Below are positions 22,101 through 33,925 of a stretch of 64,000 nucleotides of DNA, piece by piece. The DNA is from Vicugna vicugna (taxonomy: Eukaryota). Location: positions 3,357,308 to 3,421,307 of the forward strand of contig MU061578.1 of the NCBI GenBank assembly GCA_013265495.1. The letters are read 5' to 3'. The notes beneath the pieces were generated by a model. The model was not told the origin of the DNA and ran no database searches. It saw only the letters and a list, made by a program, of their open reading frames with translations. Position 1 is the first letter of the stretch, and every line of letters begins with the position of its first letter. The position numbers were made by a program, and so were the translations under genes.

Positions 22101-25100
22101 NNNNNNNNNNNNNNNNNNNNNNNNNNNNNNNNNNNNNNNNNNNNNNNNNNNNNNNNNNNNNNNTCCCTTATCAGATATTTGACTTGCAAATACTGTCTCC
22201 CATTTTGTGGGCTGCATTTTCATTCTTTTGAGTTGTCTTTTGATGCACAGGAGCCAGGTTTTGACACAGTTAGAAGTCAGCCAGGTGGAAGGACCATCGT
22301 GGTAGCAGCCACACATGCAGCGCTCTAAGGTTGGCTTTGCATACACATACACAATGTGTGAGAGCAGTATCCATGCTAAAAGTACCTATTTCCAAGCCTT
22401 CTTAGAACAAGTGTGGTAAACAGCCAAGAAACTGATGACATTTTTAAGGCTTAAGAGAGGAGGAGGAAAGACAGCTTTTAGGAAGTTTTGTGATGTCCCA
22501 TAAACCAGCTGAAGATCTTACATGTAAGGTAAAATGTCCAGCACTGCCTCCACTCCCACCAACCTTTCTTGGACTGACTCTTTTTTTTTGCATTAAAGTA
22601 TAAAAAAGTAAAAACTAAAGACATGGCAAGCAGAGATTCTCCAGAGAGTGCTCCAGAGAAATGGCATTTTAGAAATTACCTTACCCTTGACAGTGCTCCA
22701 AGCATGCTCCAGTGTGAGGACCTGGGAGTTATAATGGACCTAAGAACTCAGAAAGCCGAGTAGCTATCCTGAAGTGGTTTGGTTCCCAGCCTGGCCGCCT
22801 TCCCTTTGGCCAGTGCCATCAGCACCAGCACAGGCCTCTGGGATGACACGAGGGCAGCCATATGGGGTCGCTGGGCTGGAGCCACATTTCTGCTCGGCTA
22901 CAGGGACTGGGCCCTGGCCAGATGGCGCTCCTTCAGTTGCCCTCTGCTTCCTTGCAGGGATCGACTACAAGACCACTACCATCCTTCTGGACGGCCGGCG
23001 GGTCAAGCTGGAGCTCTGGTGAGTCTGTGGTGCAACCTAGGTGCCCGGGGCGGGGCTACTGCACTTCAGTTGTTGTGTGGGGCCAGGATGGCTGGCAAAG
23101 TAAGTTGGGAATCCTTAAAGAAGCAGAAAGGACCCCATTTACGTGTCCCTTAGAGTAGCTGTTAACACCGCCCCTGTGCGAATGTGAAATGGAGTGCGGT
23201 GCAGGACCCAGACAGTCTGGGGCTGCTTGTCTTGACAGAGCTTAGCTCCCTTTTGCCCTTAAAGACTCATTTCCACAGGGGCCCTGGCCCTATCTCCACA
23301 GCCTTTGCTAAGCTCCACGTTAAGGGCATTTCCAGAGCCTCAAAGTCAAGATGTAAATTTGCACAGGTTTAAGGTTCTCCAGTCCCGCAGGGCAGTCTTC
23401 CAGAGTGCCCAGGCCCACAGAGTGGGACAGGAATGGGTGGCGAGTGCCTTGCAGGGATCACACGGTGCATGCTGGGGTCCCTCGGGCTGTATCCCCAATC
23501 CTCCTTTGTTTCAGGGACACGTCGGGCCAGGGCAGGTTCTGCACCATCTTCAGGTCCTACTCCAGGGGCGCACAGGTAAGACCAGGGGTGCTGCCAGGGC
23601 TGTTCTCCAGTAGGGCCACTCTCCTTATGCATGTTGGCCACCTGATACCCCACTTGCAGGATTCTTTCCCAAGAAGTTTTGATATTTGAACATTAGGCTT
23701 CCATCCAAGAGCCCAAACAAGTTTGCCCTCTAATGGAGGGGCCTCAGCTGTCAGAGGGCGCCAGGGCCCCACAGCCAGCTCTGTGTCTTCACGGGCTCCT
23801 GTGGCCCCCACTGCCCAGAGCTGCTGCAGGAGGTGTGCTGGGACCCCATACTGTAGAGATGTCCCCCATCACCTGGTTCAGTCGAGGTGACTTCTCCACT
23901 TGCTGAGTGAGTGAGGAGGCTGCTGGGGAAGCCAGGTTGGTCTCAGGGCAAGGGCTCCCAGGGCCAGCTGGGCTGGATCACTAATCAGGCTGCGGGGACT
24001 TTGAGTCCAAGCCACTCGCAGTGGGAAGGGCTGGGAGGGATTACTGCAGGTCCTAGGCGGGCAGGTTGTCGGCAGGGAGCCAGAGATGGAGGCTGTCCCA
24101 GGGGGCTCACTGAGGAATGTGGGGGTTTGCTTGGGGTGTGGGGACTTGCTTGGGTATGTGAGGACTGAGGGGCGCGTGGGGATTTGCTCGTCCCTCTTTG
24201 TGTCTCCTGGGCCCCCCACGGCATACTTGTGTGCTGACCAAATCTGTGGGTGATTCGTCCCTGGAGGGAGGGCATGAAGCAATTGTGTGAACAGACCCGC
24301 TGTCGACTCACTGCTCCAACATGCAGGGTCTGGGGACCAGTCCTGCCTGTGACACAGGGTGGGCCTACAGCTTCTGGAATTGCTGTGGAGACCCCCGCAG
24401 TCAGCCCTGCCCAGCCCTGCCCCCTAGGTGGGATGATCTGCCAGGATCACACTTGTGTGAGGAGGAGGCATTTGGGCCTATGGGGCTGTGTAGGGATGCA
24501 CTCAGCAGGAACGGGGGCAGCCTGGTTAGGGCTTTGTGAGCAGGAATCGATGACGTCTGCAGATGCCCAGGCACCTCTCCATCTTGCTGTTCTTTCTGCT
24601 CCATGGAACCTGGGCAGGAACCAGGCAAAAGTCTGCAGTAGGGCTTGGACTCAGTATGCTTAGGTGTTGATGTTACCAGCCTTTCCCCAGGGCCTTCCTG
24701 AGCCAGAGCCTCTCAGATGTGGCGAGAGGCCGGGGAGACTTGTACTAGGCTTGGCGGCTCCATCCTGGGAGCTCCTGCAGAGGTGTGGACGATGGTGCTG
24801 CCTGTCCACCAGCTCCATCCCTCAGTGTGTGCCCAGTATCAGGAGCCTTTGGAGCTGGTGCTTAACCTGGCACTTCCACCTGGAACAGCTGATCTTAAAT
24901 GATCAGAAAGACAGAAGTGCTCAGGGTGCAGATTGCACCAGATGTGAGATTGAGTAAGGAGAACTTCCTCACAGCCCAGTGTCCTCAGAAGACACATGGG
25001 AGAGCTCATGTGCCAAGGAGTGTGTCCCACGGGCCCTCTTTTTGTAAAGGAGGGACTGCGTGCATGAATTTATACATACAAGGAGGTGAGAAAGCTAAAT

Positions 25101-28100
25101 TCTGAGGGGTGGTATCCATTATCTCTGGACCACTGATAAGTTCTGTTGTCTTCCCTTTGATTTTGAATATTTCTCAGTTTTTCTGCGATACACCTGTTAA
25201 CTTTTATAATGAAAAATGAAGAGATAAGGGGAGTAGTTACCTTGGGTTATGATAACAGAGGGTGATTAGGAAATATTGAGAAAGGCCCTGGGAGATTAAA
25301 CCTAAGTGGGCTCAGCTGTCCGCTTGCTTTGAGTGTAAATGCAGAGTGGACCGGGGACTGACAGAGGACACATCTGACAGCCTGGGCAATGGCCAGAGCA
25401 CACACTTTGGGGAAGGGATACTGTTACCACGTCCACATTCTGTCCAAAGCAGCCAGGACAGTTGGTGTGTATGCATCCTTGCATCCTTGCTTATGCCGAA
25501 TTCTGTGCTCATTCTGGAGGTTCTTGTCGCTTCTGGGCTGGAGGAGCCCAAAAGCAACAAGACACCTCTGTGCCTTGATTGGAATGGTAGTTCCTCAGGA
25601 CATTTGCTGGAGGAGCCCGAGTGCACATCTCAGGCCTGGGGTTGGGGGTGGGGCTGGTTTCCTTGGGTCCTCTACTGCATTATCAGTGCTTGGCCATCCG
25701 TTTCCATCCTGCTTGGCAGGTGGCAGTGGAGGTGAAGGTGTTTCCCAGATCTTTCAGCAAGGGGCTTTGCAAAGCCCCTGACCATACAGACTAGCAAAAC
25801 CTTCTTTCCAAGTCAGGTTTTGTATTTCCTGTCACCCTCCCACCCTCAGTGAAGACCAGAGAGGCCTTGCAGTCAGTCCCTCAGGATCCAGGTCACAAAA
25901 GCCACCAGCCAACTCCTGGCTGCTGTCGCCTGTGCTACACAGGACTGTCTTGTGGCTTTTACTACTGCTGCGGGAGAGCCAGCCCCTGTGCGGTTCCCCC
26001 AGGCTGGGTGTGTGGAGGGAGCCAGGGGTGGGCAACATTCTGTTTAGTTGGGGGTTTGGGGTCAGCCGGACCAGTACCAGGAAGAGTTTGGCCAGGCACT
26101 TGTCTCTTTCTTGGAGGGAGCAGGATGGATCAGTTTTCTGAAAATGGGTTTTAGGTTCACATGAGAATGGTCTGGTGCGTGCTGAGCATCAGGTGGGTGC
26201 TGACCAGGGTACCAGTAGCCACTTGTCCCCGCCAGGTAAGGGGCGTGCACTCCCCTTTCCAGTGTGTGTGCTTCTGGGCAGGGCCTGGTGCTTATGGGGC
26301 AGATGCTTCCAGCCACAGCCTCTTGTTCCTTGGAAGCTTGACTACATAAGTGCATGACACATTCCAAAGTAAATTTAATAAAAAATGACACCTCTGTGCC
26401 TTGATTGGGATGATAGTTCCAGGACATTTGCCCAAATTCATCAAACCTAAAGTCTGCATTTTCTGGTATATAAACTGTAGCTCATCAATCGCCTTGGCAA
26501 CAATAAGGGCACCTACTTCTAGGCCCAAATTCTATGTCTGAGGAATTTCTCTTACAGCTTGAGTTGTATATGCTCAGCGGTAATAATACTGGGTCCATTA
26601 CCAGAGAGCCAGCAGCTGTACCATCTAATTAGCCTGGGTCAAGGTGCAGGCCACTGTTAGGAAAGAGTCCTGGGGGTGTTGGGTAGTTTGCACCATGACC
26701 CTGTCTGTGTTAGGAAATGCCTGGGAAACACTCGAAAGTGAGTAGCAGGTGATTCCTGGAGAGCTACAGGGTAGGTGGTTGGGGGAGTAGCTTCTATTTA
26801 TTCTATTGTAAAAGTTAGTAAGTGCCCTAGAGTCTTACTAACTTTTAAAAACCTGAGCCAAAAAAAGGAAAAAAAATATATATATATACATATGTGTGTG
26901 TCTGTATATATATAGTGACAATCTATCTGCCCCTCCTTCTGCCTCTTTGAGACACACAGCTGACTCTGGAGTCCTGAAGGGGTGATCCTGCTAATCAGGA
27001 GCCTCATTTTGGTTTCTCAGCCATCCTGCTTGTGGTCCGCCGCAGCTATTTTCCCCTGCCAAGTCCATGAACATTTTGGTCCCTGCCAGCAGTGTGATCA
27101 GCTCTGTGTGTGTCCTTCCCCTGGTGACTCCTTTGTCACCCTAACCTGTCAGACTTGGGTGGTGGTGCTGGACAGAGACTGTTGCTAGACAGGAGGGGCA
27201 ACCAGGGGCTCCCCAGCAGACTTGGGATGTGGTTGGAGCCTGAACCCAAGAGATAGGCTTCTCCTCATTTGCTTGAGGTTTTAAACATTACATAGGAAGC
27301 ATAAGAAAGAAATGATTCCCCATGCAGCCCTTCAATGTGTGGTCACATCCATGGAAACCTTTTTTGAGTGGTGTATTTATATTTGTATTTTTAGAGTACT
27401 GCCCTCTGTGTAACTTTGGGATCTGCATTTGTTACCTCACACTCTAGTGATAAGCATGTGTACTTCTCAAGTACTGTTACTTACATTGCCCGCCTGGGGA
27501 GTCTGCACCTTGCTCCAGCTGTTCAGCAGCACTGGGGGCTGCATATTTAGTTTGTTTCTCATTTTTTTTTTGTTTTGTTTTATGGGCAGTGCTTTGATGA
27601 GCATCTGTGAAGGCTGGTTTTTGGACATATCTTCAATTATCTCTCAGAAGAGGGTTTCTGAGTTGGAGGGCTAGTAGCCCTACCCCCACCCCAGCATCCA
27701 GGGAGAGGGCTTTGGTCCCTGTGCCCCTGACAACAGGATGAATTTCTTTTCAGTCATATTCTGTTGCCCACCATAGTGGACGATTTCCCTCCAGGCCTAG
27801 CTCTTCCTCCCCAGCAAGCCAGGGGCCTTCCTGGAGCTACATGTGGAGTTTAAAGTAATCTTGATCTTCATCTTAACAGGGCCTACTCTTCCAGAATTTG
27901 AAGGACATCTTTAAGAGGAAGGGATTTAAAATTCCTTATTTTGAGATGGAATATGCCCTGTTCCTTCTAACTCAGCTGCACTTTTCTCCTCCCCTGTGTG
28001 TGATAGAAACGTGGGCTGAATGAATGAAGCCTTCCTGAGACAGGGAGGAGTGTGAATCCTGCTTGCAGATGGGTTTTGGTACCTGAGCCTGCTACAGAGT

Positions 28101-30350
28101 GGAATGTAGAGTGAGAGACAGGCAGTGGGCCAAGGGGTTGCGCTAGCTTGCTGGAGTCACCTTCCCGAGGCTCTTGACTGGTCGCCGCTGAGATGTTTAG
28201 GGTAGGGACAACAAGGGGAGCTAGGTGGGTGGAGTAAGTGGTCTCTGAGGGATGCGATGGGAAAGCGCATGCAGCTGCTGGAGTGACTGAAGTCCTCTGT
28301 AAGTGTGGGTTGGAAACCACAGAAACACCTCTGCTCAGCACCCCTGGCATCCCCCAGGAAGAATGCACTGTTGGACAGTGCCCGGGACACGGCCCCACAC
28401 CTGCCTGCCAAAATTGTCCTCAAGGCCTGCCCTTCACTATAGTTCCATGTGCCCCTTTCTTAGCTCAAGTGAATTTTAAATGATCACAGGGTAACACAGT
28501 GTGCTTGGAGGAAAAGGTGTTGAAAAAAATGCCAGTTCTGCCCCCTTCTGAATCCCCAAGGGGAGAGAGGAGGCAGCCTTGAGCCCAGGAGATCCCTGAC
28601 AGTCAGACCACCACCCCACATGGCAGGTGTCGAGGGCCACAGTGAGGAGACAGAGACAGGGGTAGCTGAGCCCTGTGCACAGAGCCCCTCTCAAATGCAA
28701 GAGGAAGGCTCAAAGCACATTTTCCACATTGCCCCGTGTTAGGTAAATTGTATGGTCTACCTGACACCTATCTGGCTGGTGCCCGAGTGTCCCTAGTCCT
28801 TCTTGTGTTGGGTGGGAGTGAAGTGGGGCAGAGCCCCAACAAGACCCCTTCCATCCAGGTGGCCCCTGGGCCTCGCAACACCTGAGTTTCCCTTGCAGGG
28901 GATCCTCCTGGTGTATGACATCACCAACCGCTGGTCCTTCGACGGCATTGACCGATGGATCAAGGAGATCGATGAGGTAGGTGTGCTTCTGTGGACACCC
29001 CCTTCCAAGGTCACCCCCTTCCTGGGGCATGTGTACTCGTATCCTGGTGGGGAGTCTCTGTGGCCCCCATTTGCTGCCCCTCCCATGCCCTGGCTCTGTG
29101 CATCCTCTGGTGCACTGATTGCTGTGGCACTCTAGGGTGGGGTCCTGTGTCCCAAGGAGACTCAACCTGTCACAGAATCAACAGAGGGCCCCTCCTGCTT
29201 GGGGGGTACAGCGCAGAGAGTGGGCACCCCGCGTTTGTGCACCTGATGAGTCCTGTACCTCCCAAGCATGCGCCCGGGGTCCCCCGGATCCTGGTTGGGA
29301 ACCGGCTGCACCTGGCCTTCAAGCGGCAAGTCCCGACAGAGCAGGCACGCGCCTACGCGGAGAAGAACTGCATGACCTTCTTTGAGGTCAGCCCGTTGTG
29401 CAATTTCAATGTCATCGAGTCCTTCACCGAGCTGTCCCGCATCGTGCTCATGCGGCATGGCATGGAGAAGATCTGGAGGCCCAACCGAGGTGAGGTGGGG
29501 CCAGGTTCAGGGGGCGGGGCCCCGGAGGACCATGGGGTGGGACTACAGAGGGGCAGGGCCATGCTGCAGTGGGTGGGATCTTGGAGGGCCATAGGGCATT
29601 GCAGGCCTGCCCTCCAGCCCAAGATTCCACCCCATCTACCAGCACTACCCGCAGGGGAGCAGGTTCCAAGCTCACCACCGCCCCCGCCCCCACCCCACCT
29701 CCCAGTCCTCCACTCACTTGGTGCCCAGTCCCTTAGGCTCAGCAGTACCACCAGAGCGGAGCTGCCAAGATGGCAAGGGAAGCTCAGTCCCTGCCTGGCT
29801 CCCCAGGGCACCTCTCAGTGTGTGACTCCAGGGAGGAAACGGGAGAAGGGTGCCTGGTGCAGGGTCAGGGGGCACCCAGGTTAGGGAATTCTGGGAGCTT
29901 GGTAGACCTCCCCGATCCACAGCCTCTACCAGGCGTCACCTGTGCTCATCTGCAGGTGAAACGGCCGCTTGTCCCTCAATGTCTCCCCGTACTTCACTGC
30001 CCCACCCCTCTACAGTCTGACCCCATTCCTCACAGTCTGACCACCCCATCATCTGACCCCCATCTGCAGTGTTCAGTCTGCAGGACCTTTGCTGCCGGGC
30101 CATCGTTTCCTGTACCCCCGTGCACCTCATCGACAAGCTCCCGCTGCCTGTCACTATCAAGAGCCATCTCAAGTCCTTCTCAATGGCCAATGGCATGAAC
30201 GCCGTCATGATGCATGGGCGCTCCTACTCGCTGGCCAGTGGCGCTGGGGGTGGCAGCAGCAAGGGCAACAGCCTCAAGCGGTCCAAGTCCATACGCCCCC
30301 CCCAGAGCCCACCCCAGAACTGCTCACGGAGCAACTGCAAGATCTCGTAG
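7126..30350 (+). CDS. RAB40C: Ras-related protein Rab-40C (Rab GTPase + SOCS box + C-terminal CKIS prenylation motif), about 281 aa
   Basis: Exons: 7126-~7268 (MGTQG..., rest in gap), 22958-23018 ([21 protein letters not shown]), 23515-23575 ([20 protein letters not shown]), 28899-28976 ([26 protein letters not shown]), 29267-29489 ([16 protein letters not shown]...), 30070-30350 ([12 protein letters not shown]...CSRSNCKIS*). Visible junctions are GT-AG and phases are consistent. Confidence 0.97.
7140..7270. other. Assembly gap covering most of RAB40C coding exon 1
   Basis: Run of 131 N directly after ATGGGGACTCAGGG. Confidence 1.
10331..10385. mobile_element. MIR SINE core remnant
   Basis: cccatttacagatgacaaaccaaggctgagacagg resembles the MIR core. 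Confidence 0.4.
13590..13900 (+). mobile_element. Degenerate L1M 3' remnant followed by a (GTTT)n tract
   Basis: A-rich patch with L1ME-like phrases; ends approximate. Confidence 0.35.
14480..15420 (-). mobile_element. Cluster of old antisense L1M fragments
   Basis: ttccagattttggctactgtgaataatgctgtcatgaacattctt; tgctgctatgaaaattctcatgcg; ggattgctgggctgcaagg. Confidence 0.55.
15600..15903 (-). mobile_element. MaLR solo LTR (MLT1-type)
   Basis: gtcacatcagcaaagcccc...acaggttccagggactaggatggggacatctttggggg...cccaccaca is the typical antisense MLT1 end. Confidence 0.55.
16005..16347 (+). mobile_element. MaLR solo LTR (MLT1A/B-type)
   Basis: ctgaatgtgtgtccccccaaattcac...ttggacttccaacctccaga...aaataaacatctgctgtttgtaag...gaccaaga. 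Confidence 0.7.
16348..16620 (-). mobile_element. Second MLT1-like LTR fragment
   Basis: gtggcttaaaacagcacccacttatt...cagtttctgtg motif. Confidence 0.4.
17255..17372 (-). mobile_element. Young 5'-truncated L1 3' terminus
   Basis: T-rich tail plus ttgaagtgtagtcagtttacaatgttatgtcaatttctgatgtatagca, the reverse complement of an artiodactyl-type L1 end. Confidence 0.65.
17453..17596 (+). mobile_element. Camelid vic-1-type tRNA-derived SINE
   Basis: GGGGAGAGGGAATAACTCACTGATAGAGCACATGCTTAGCATGCACGAGGTCATGAGTTCGAACCCCAGTACCTCC plus an A-rich tail. Degenerate 19-bp TSD AAGAAGTTCTTTTATGGCT (17434-17452) / AAGAAATTCTCCTATGGCT (17597-17615). Confidence 0.85.
21150..22250 (-). mobile_element. L1MB-like antisense fragment; contains gap 21947-22163 and an 87-bp inserted local copy
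   Basis: accatgtaaaattgaccattttaa...; ttcaaggttcatcaatgttgtaacatg; ttaattctttgaggaattaccat; tcccaccatcagtgcacaaagg. Confidence 0.7.
26876..26914. repeat. Compound (TA)n/(TG)n microsatellite
   Basis: atatatatatatacatatgtgtgtgtctgtatatatata. Confidence 0.8.
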
Positions 30351-31945
30351 TCACCTGCTGTCCTGATGTGCCCTGGGAGGGCTGACGCCTTTGGAGAGTT
30401 CCCGGCTGGGCCTGGGCCGAACACAGTATACAGGGAAAACTTTGGCCACACAGCCCCTCCTGGGAAGCGTGGGGATGCACCTAGTAGGCTGGGGTCCCAG
30501 CCAAACCAGTTCCACAGGATGGGGAGGGCCAGGCTGCCGGGATTGTGGCAGAAATGCCCAGGCCTCCAAGGGGCGGCTGAGAAGAGCCCAGGAGGCAGCT
30601 TGGCCTGGCCCCAGCCTTGAAGGGGCTGTCCCTGGTGACTGAGAGGCCAGATTCCCTTTCTTATTTATGTAAAAGATGGTTCACCCCTTTTGTACATTTT
30701 TAAAGGAGCAGCAGGGAAGCCTTGATGCAATGACACGGTGACGACTGTGGGGATGAGCTTTGGGACATTGGGAGAGGGGGTGTATTTGAGGCAAAGATGG
30801 GAAGGAATCCACCATCACAGCTTGAATCTGAATTCACCTAATACTTCACATGGGGGTGTGGGCTGTGTAGGGGCCAGTGGGGACATGTGGAAGCTTTGGG
30901 CAGGAACCTTGGACTCCCCAGCTACACTCGTTGGCTTCTCTGAGCATGGTGAGCAGCATGCCCACCACGTAACTCTGGGCAGCGGTGAGCGTGCGGGCCC
31001 CAGCAGTCTGCACAGTGGGTCTGCAGCTTCAGGCTCCCGCCAGCCTTCTGGACGTGTTCCAGTGTGTCATGGAGCTCTGGGCTCAGAGCCAGGGCAACTC
31101 ACAGGTTACCGAGTGGAATTTCCATGTTTCTTGGAAAAGGGGACGTGGGGTGCGCCCCCTAACTCCTTCCCCAGCTCCCCCTCCCCTACATGGGGGCCAA
31201 CAACCTTCCTTCCCTGATTCTGCACCTCTGGTTCTGTTTACATCTGTTGCTACATGAAATTGGCTCGGCGTCTCTGAGTTGAAGGCACAGAGCTACTTAT
31301 AGATGATAAGTACTCCCTGGGGCCACCGGGCCCTGGGCAGATCTGGACTGAGCCCACCCCATTTGCCTTCTGGGGTGTCTAGACCCTGCTCTGGCCAGCT
31401 TCTGTCTCCTGACCTTGGGTGTGATCCCATAGCTGCTCCTTACCTGGTGTCATCCCTCTGTGAGGTCACCTGTCACCAAACCTTTCTCACCCTTTTCTTA
31501 GTGGTGGATGCTGAGCCCCTCCTCGAGGACCCACCAGCCAGCCTGAGCTGGAGGCCAGGCCTCCTTCCGTCCACCTGGCTGGTGACGTGGCCACTGGTCA
31601 CACTGGTGCTCAACTCTACCTCCTGCCCATGGGCCCTTCCCTGGCCTGTGATACCCCACCCCAACCCCCTGCTCGGGGACTGTCCTGGGTGCTGCTGTTC
31701 TGGGAGGCGAGGCAGGGAGGGCCTGCAGCACGTGTGAGCTGGGAGCCTGGCTGAGGCCTGGCTGCCAGCAGGGGTCAGGCGGAGGAGGCCCCACCTGTCC
31801 TGTCCTGCCAGCAGGAGCCCCTTCTCTGAACTTTGTTTTGAGGAAATAGATGATCCTGCATTCACCATATCAACACTACCCTTTGCTGCTGTCCACACTT
31901 GCACCGTTCCTGGGCTTGTTTTGGATGGTTTTAGTTTCTTTGTAC

Positions 31946-31951
31946 AGTAAA
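31946..31951 (+). terminator. RAB40C: Likely RAB40C polyA signal, variant AGTAAA
   Basis: TGTA immediately upstream and GT-rich ctgtgttttgagtg about 25 nt downstream. I saw no AATAAA between the stop at 30350 and this site. Confidence 0.55.
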
Positions 31952-33925
31952 CATAATTCAGCTCTGGACTGCAGGCTGTGTTTTGAGTGAATGGCTGCAT
32001 GTAGGTGTTAGGGTTTCACTGCAGATTCTCTGTCCTCCATGACTGCCCTGCTTAGCTTCCATGTCCTGGCCTGAGGGCTGCCGGGTTTCTTTCAGGGCTG
32101 CCTGTGTTCCTGGAGGGCCAGGAAGCAGCTCTCCTCAGCCTGTCCCTGCCTGTGCAGTACTGCAACCCTCAGCCACTGGGACCACCTGTTGCTTGTTGTC
32201 CCTGGGGCCAGAACTTGGGACATTGAGCTCTCTTTCGTGGCCTGGGCAGGGCCTGATTGCCAAGTTCACACTGCTCCCTGCGAGGGTGGTGGGCTGGAAG
32301 GACCATACTCCAAGACTCACCAGAGCTGCAAGAACCTGGGTCTTGGAGTTGGCATCCTCAGTGGGAGAGCCATCTGCTTACAGGGTGTGCAGGGCTTAGC
32401 TCAGGGACATGACAGATGCCCTAGAGACCAGCAGGGCTGCGGTTGGGGCAATTCCTCTAAAAGTGGCCCCCACTCTCGGGAAACACTGCCTCTGGCTGTG
32501 GCTCCACAGGGGTGTCCTGGGCCTCAAGCCCCTATGCCTGGGGACCCCACATAGGGCAGGGGACTGATGGTGTCCTCTACAGCTGGGGCATCTCTTGGTC
32601 TCATTGGGACCAGACAGGGTCACAGGACATTTTTCCATCCAGTCTCAGAGCAGACACTTCCTGGGGCCCCAGCCCCCTGGATAGGGCACATTATGGCCGT
32701 GGCTGCATTTGATGTCCCCACCTACCCCCATCCCTGGGAGGGGCTCCATGGTGCAAGGGCCTGAAGTGGGCAGGGGAAGACCTTTGGGTCCTGTAGTTCC
32801 TTAAGCTCTCCTGTGACATGCTGTTTTCAGGGTGCTTTTAGATGCCCATGATTGCTGTCAGGACTCAGCCACAGGGCCATGGACACTGAGAATCACAAGT
32901 CAGACCAAGTAGATACCCTCGGCCACATTTCCAGTGTTCACAGCTGTGTGACTGGTCAGCATATACAGGCCATTTCCTCCCTGCCCACTTCTCTGGGACC
33001 TCACTTTTTGGCACCTATTAATCAGTTGAGGAAGGGCCTAGACCAGAAGTTGGGCACCTGGGTTTCAGCAGGGGACTGGGGAGGGGTGCTCACTAAATGC
33101 AAAGTCCTGCCATGCATCAGCCTCTCCCAACCCCGTCAGTCACTGGTCAGAGAAAGGCCCGGCTACACCCATCAGGCATCTTTGTGCTGCAGAGGGTTAA
33201 CCCCCCAGCAGAAAGGGCTTAGATTTGATTCCAGAACTTGTTGGCAGGGTATGACCTTCAGAAGCGGCATGGAGGAGGTTGTGGAATCTCTCCTGGGAAG
33301 GGAACAAAACCCCATTGTTGCTAGGTGGGATGCAGAGCCCCTGCACCTCTGCCTGGACAGTGACTTCCAGGTGGCGGGCCAGCCTGGGCCTGCTTTGGGA
33401 AAGATCCTGGCCCGGGGATGGGTAGGGGAGCCCGAGGAGTTGTCCAGCCCTGCCCCCTCCTGCAGGGCAGCTTTGATCCCTGGGCCTTTCCATCCCTGAG
33501 CCCAGGGCCTGGAGGAAGGAGGGGCTCCGGTTACAGGGTTCCCCCTCCCTCTCCAGCCAGAGCCAGCCCTTCTCCGCCCCTTGGTGACCCTTGTGGCCAG
33601 TGTCTCTGTGCTTCTGGGTGCTGGCCCCTCCCCAGCCTTCCTCGCCTTTCCCCGCCCCCTGCCCTGAGCTGACCAGAGGGGCCAGGCGGGGGAGGGGCCA
33701 GTGCCACATGCACAGACTCAGCTCGGAGAGACCCGGACCCACCCAGCCCCTGGGACAGCGTCTACCGTGAGCTCCGACCTTGCTGGAGAGAGGGGAGCCC
33801 AGGGTCAGAGGGCAGGGGTACCGACCACAGGTGTGGGAGGGTGGATGCCTGTAGGGAGTGGGGCTCGGCAGGGCCTGAGGAGGGGCTAGTGGCCACACAG
33901 CCCCACCCCTGGTCCCACAGTCCCC

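Noticed and set aside
28991-29884. 297-aa ORF as a stand-alone Rab-like gene
   Set aside because: It is RAB40C exon 5 with open flanking intron; splice sites delimit 29267-29489.
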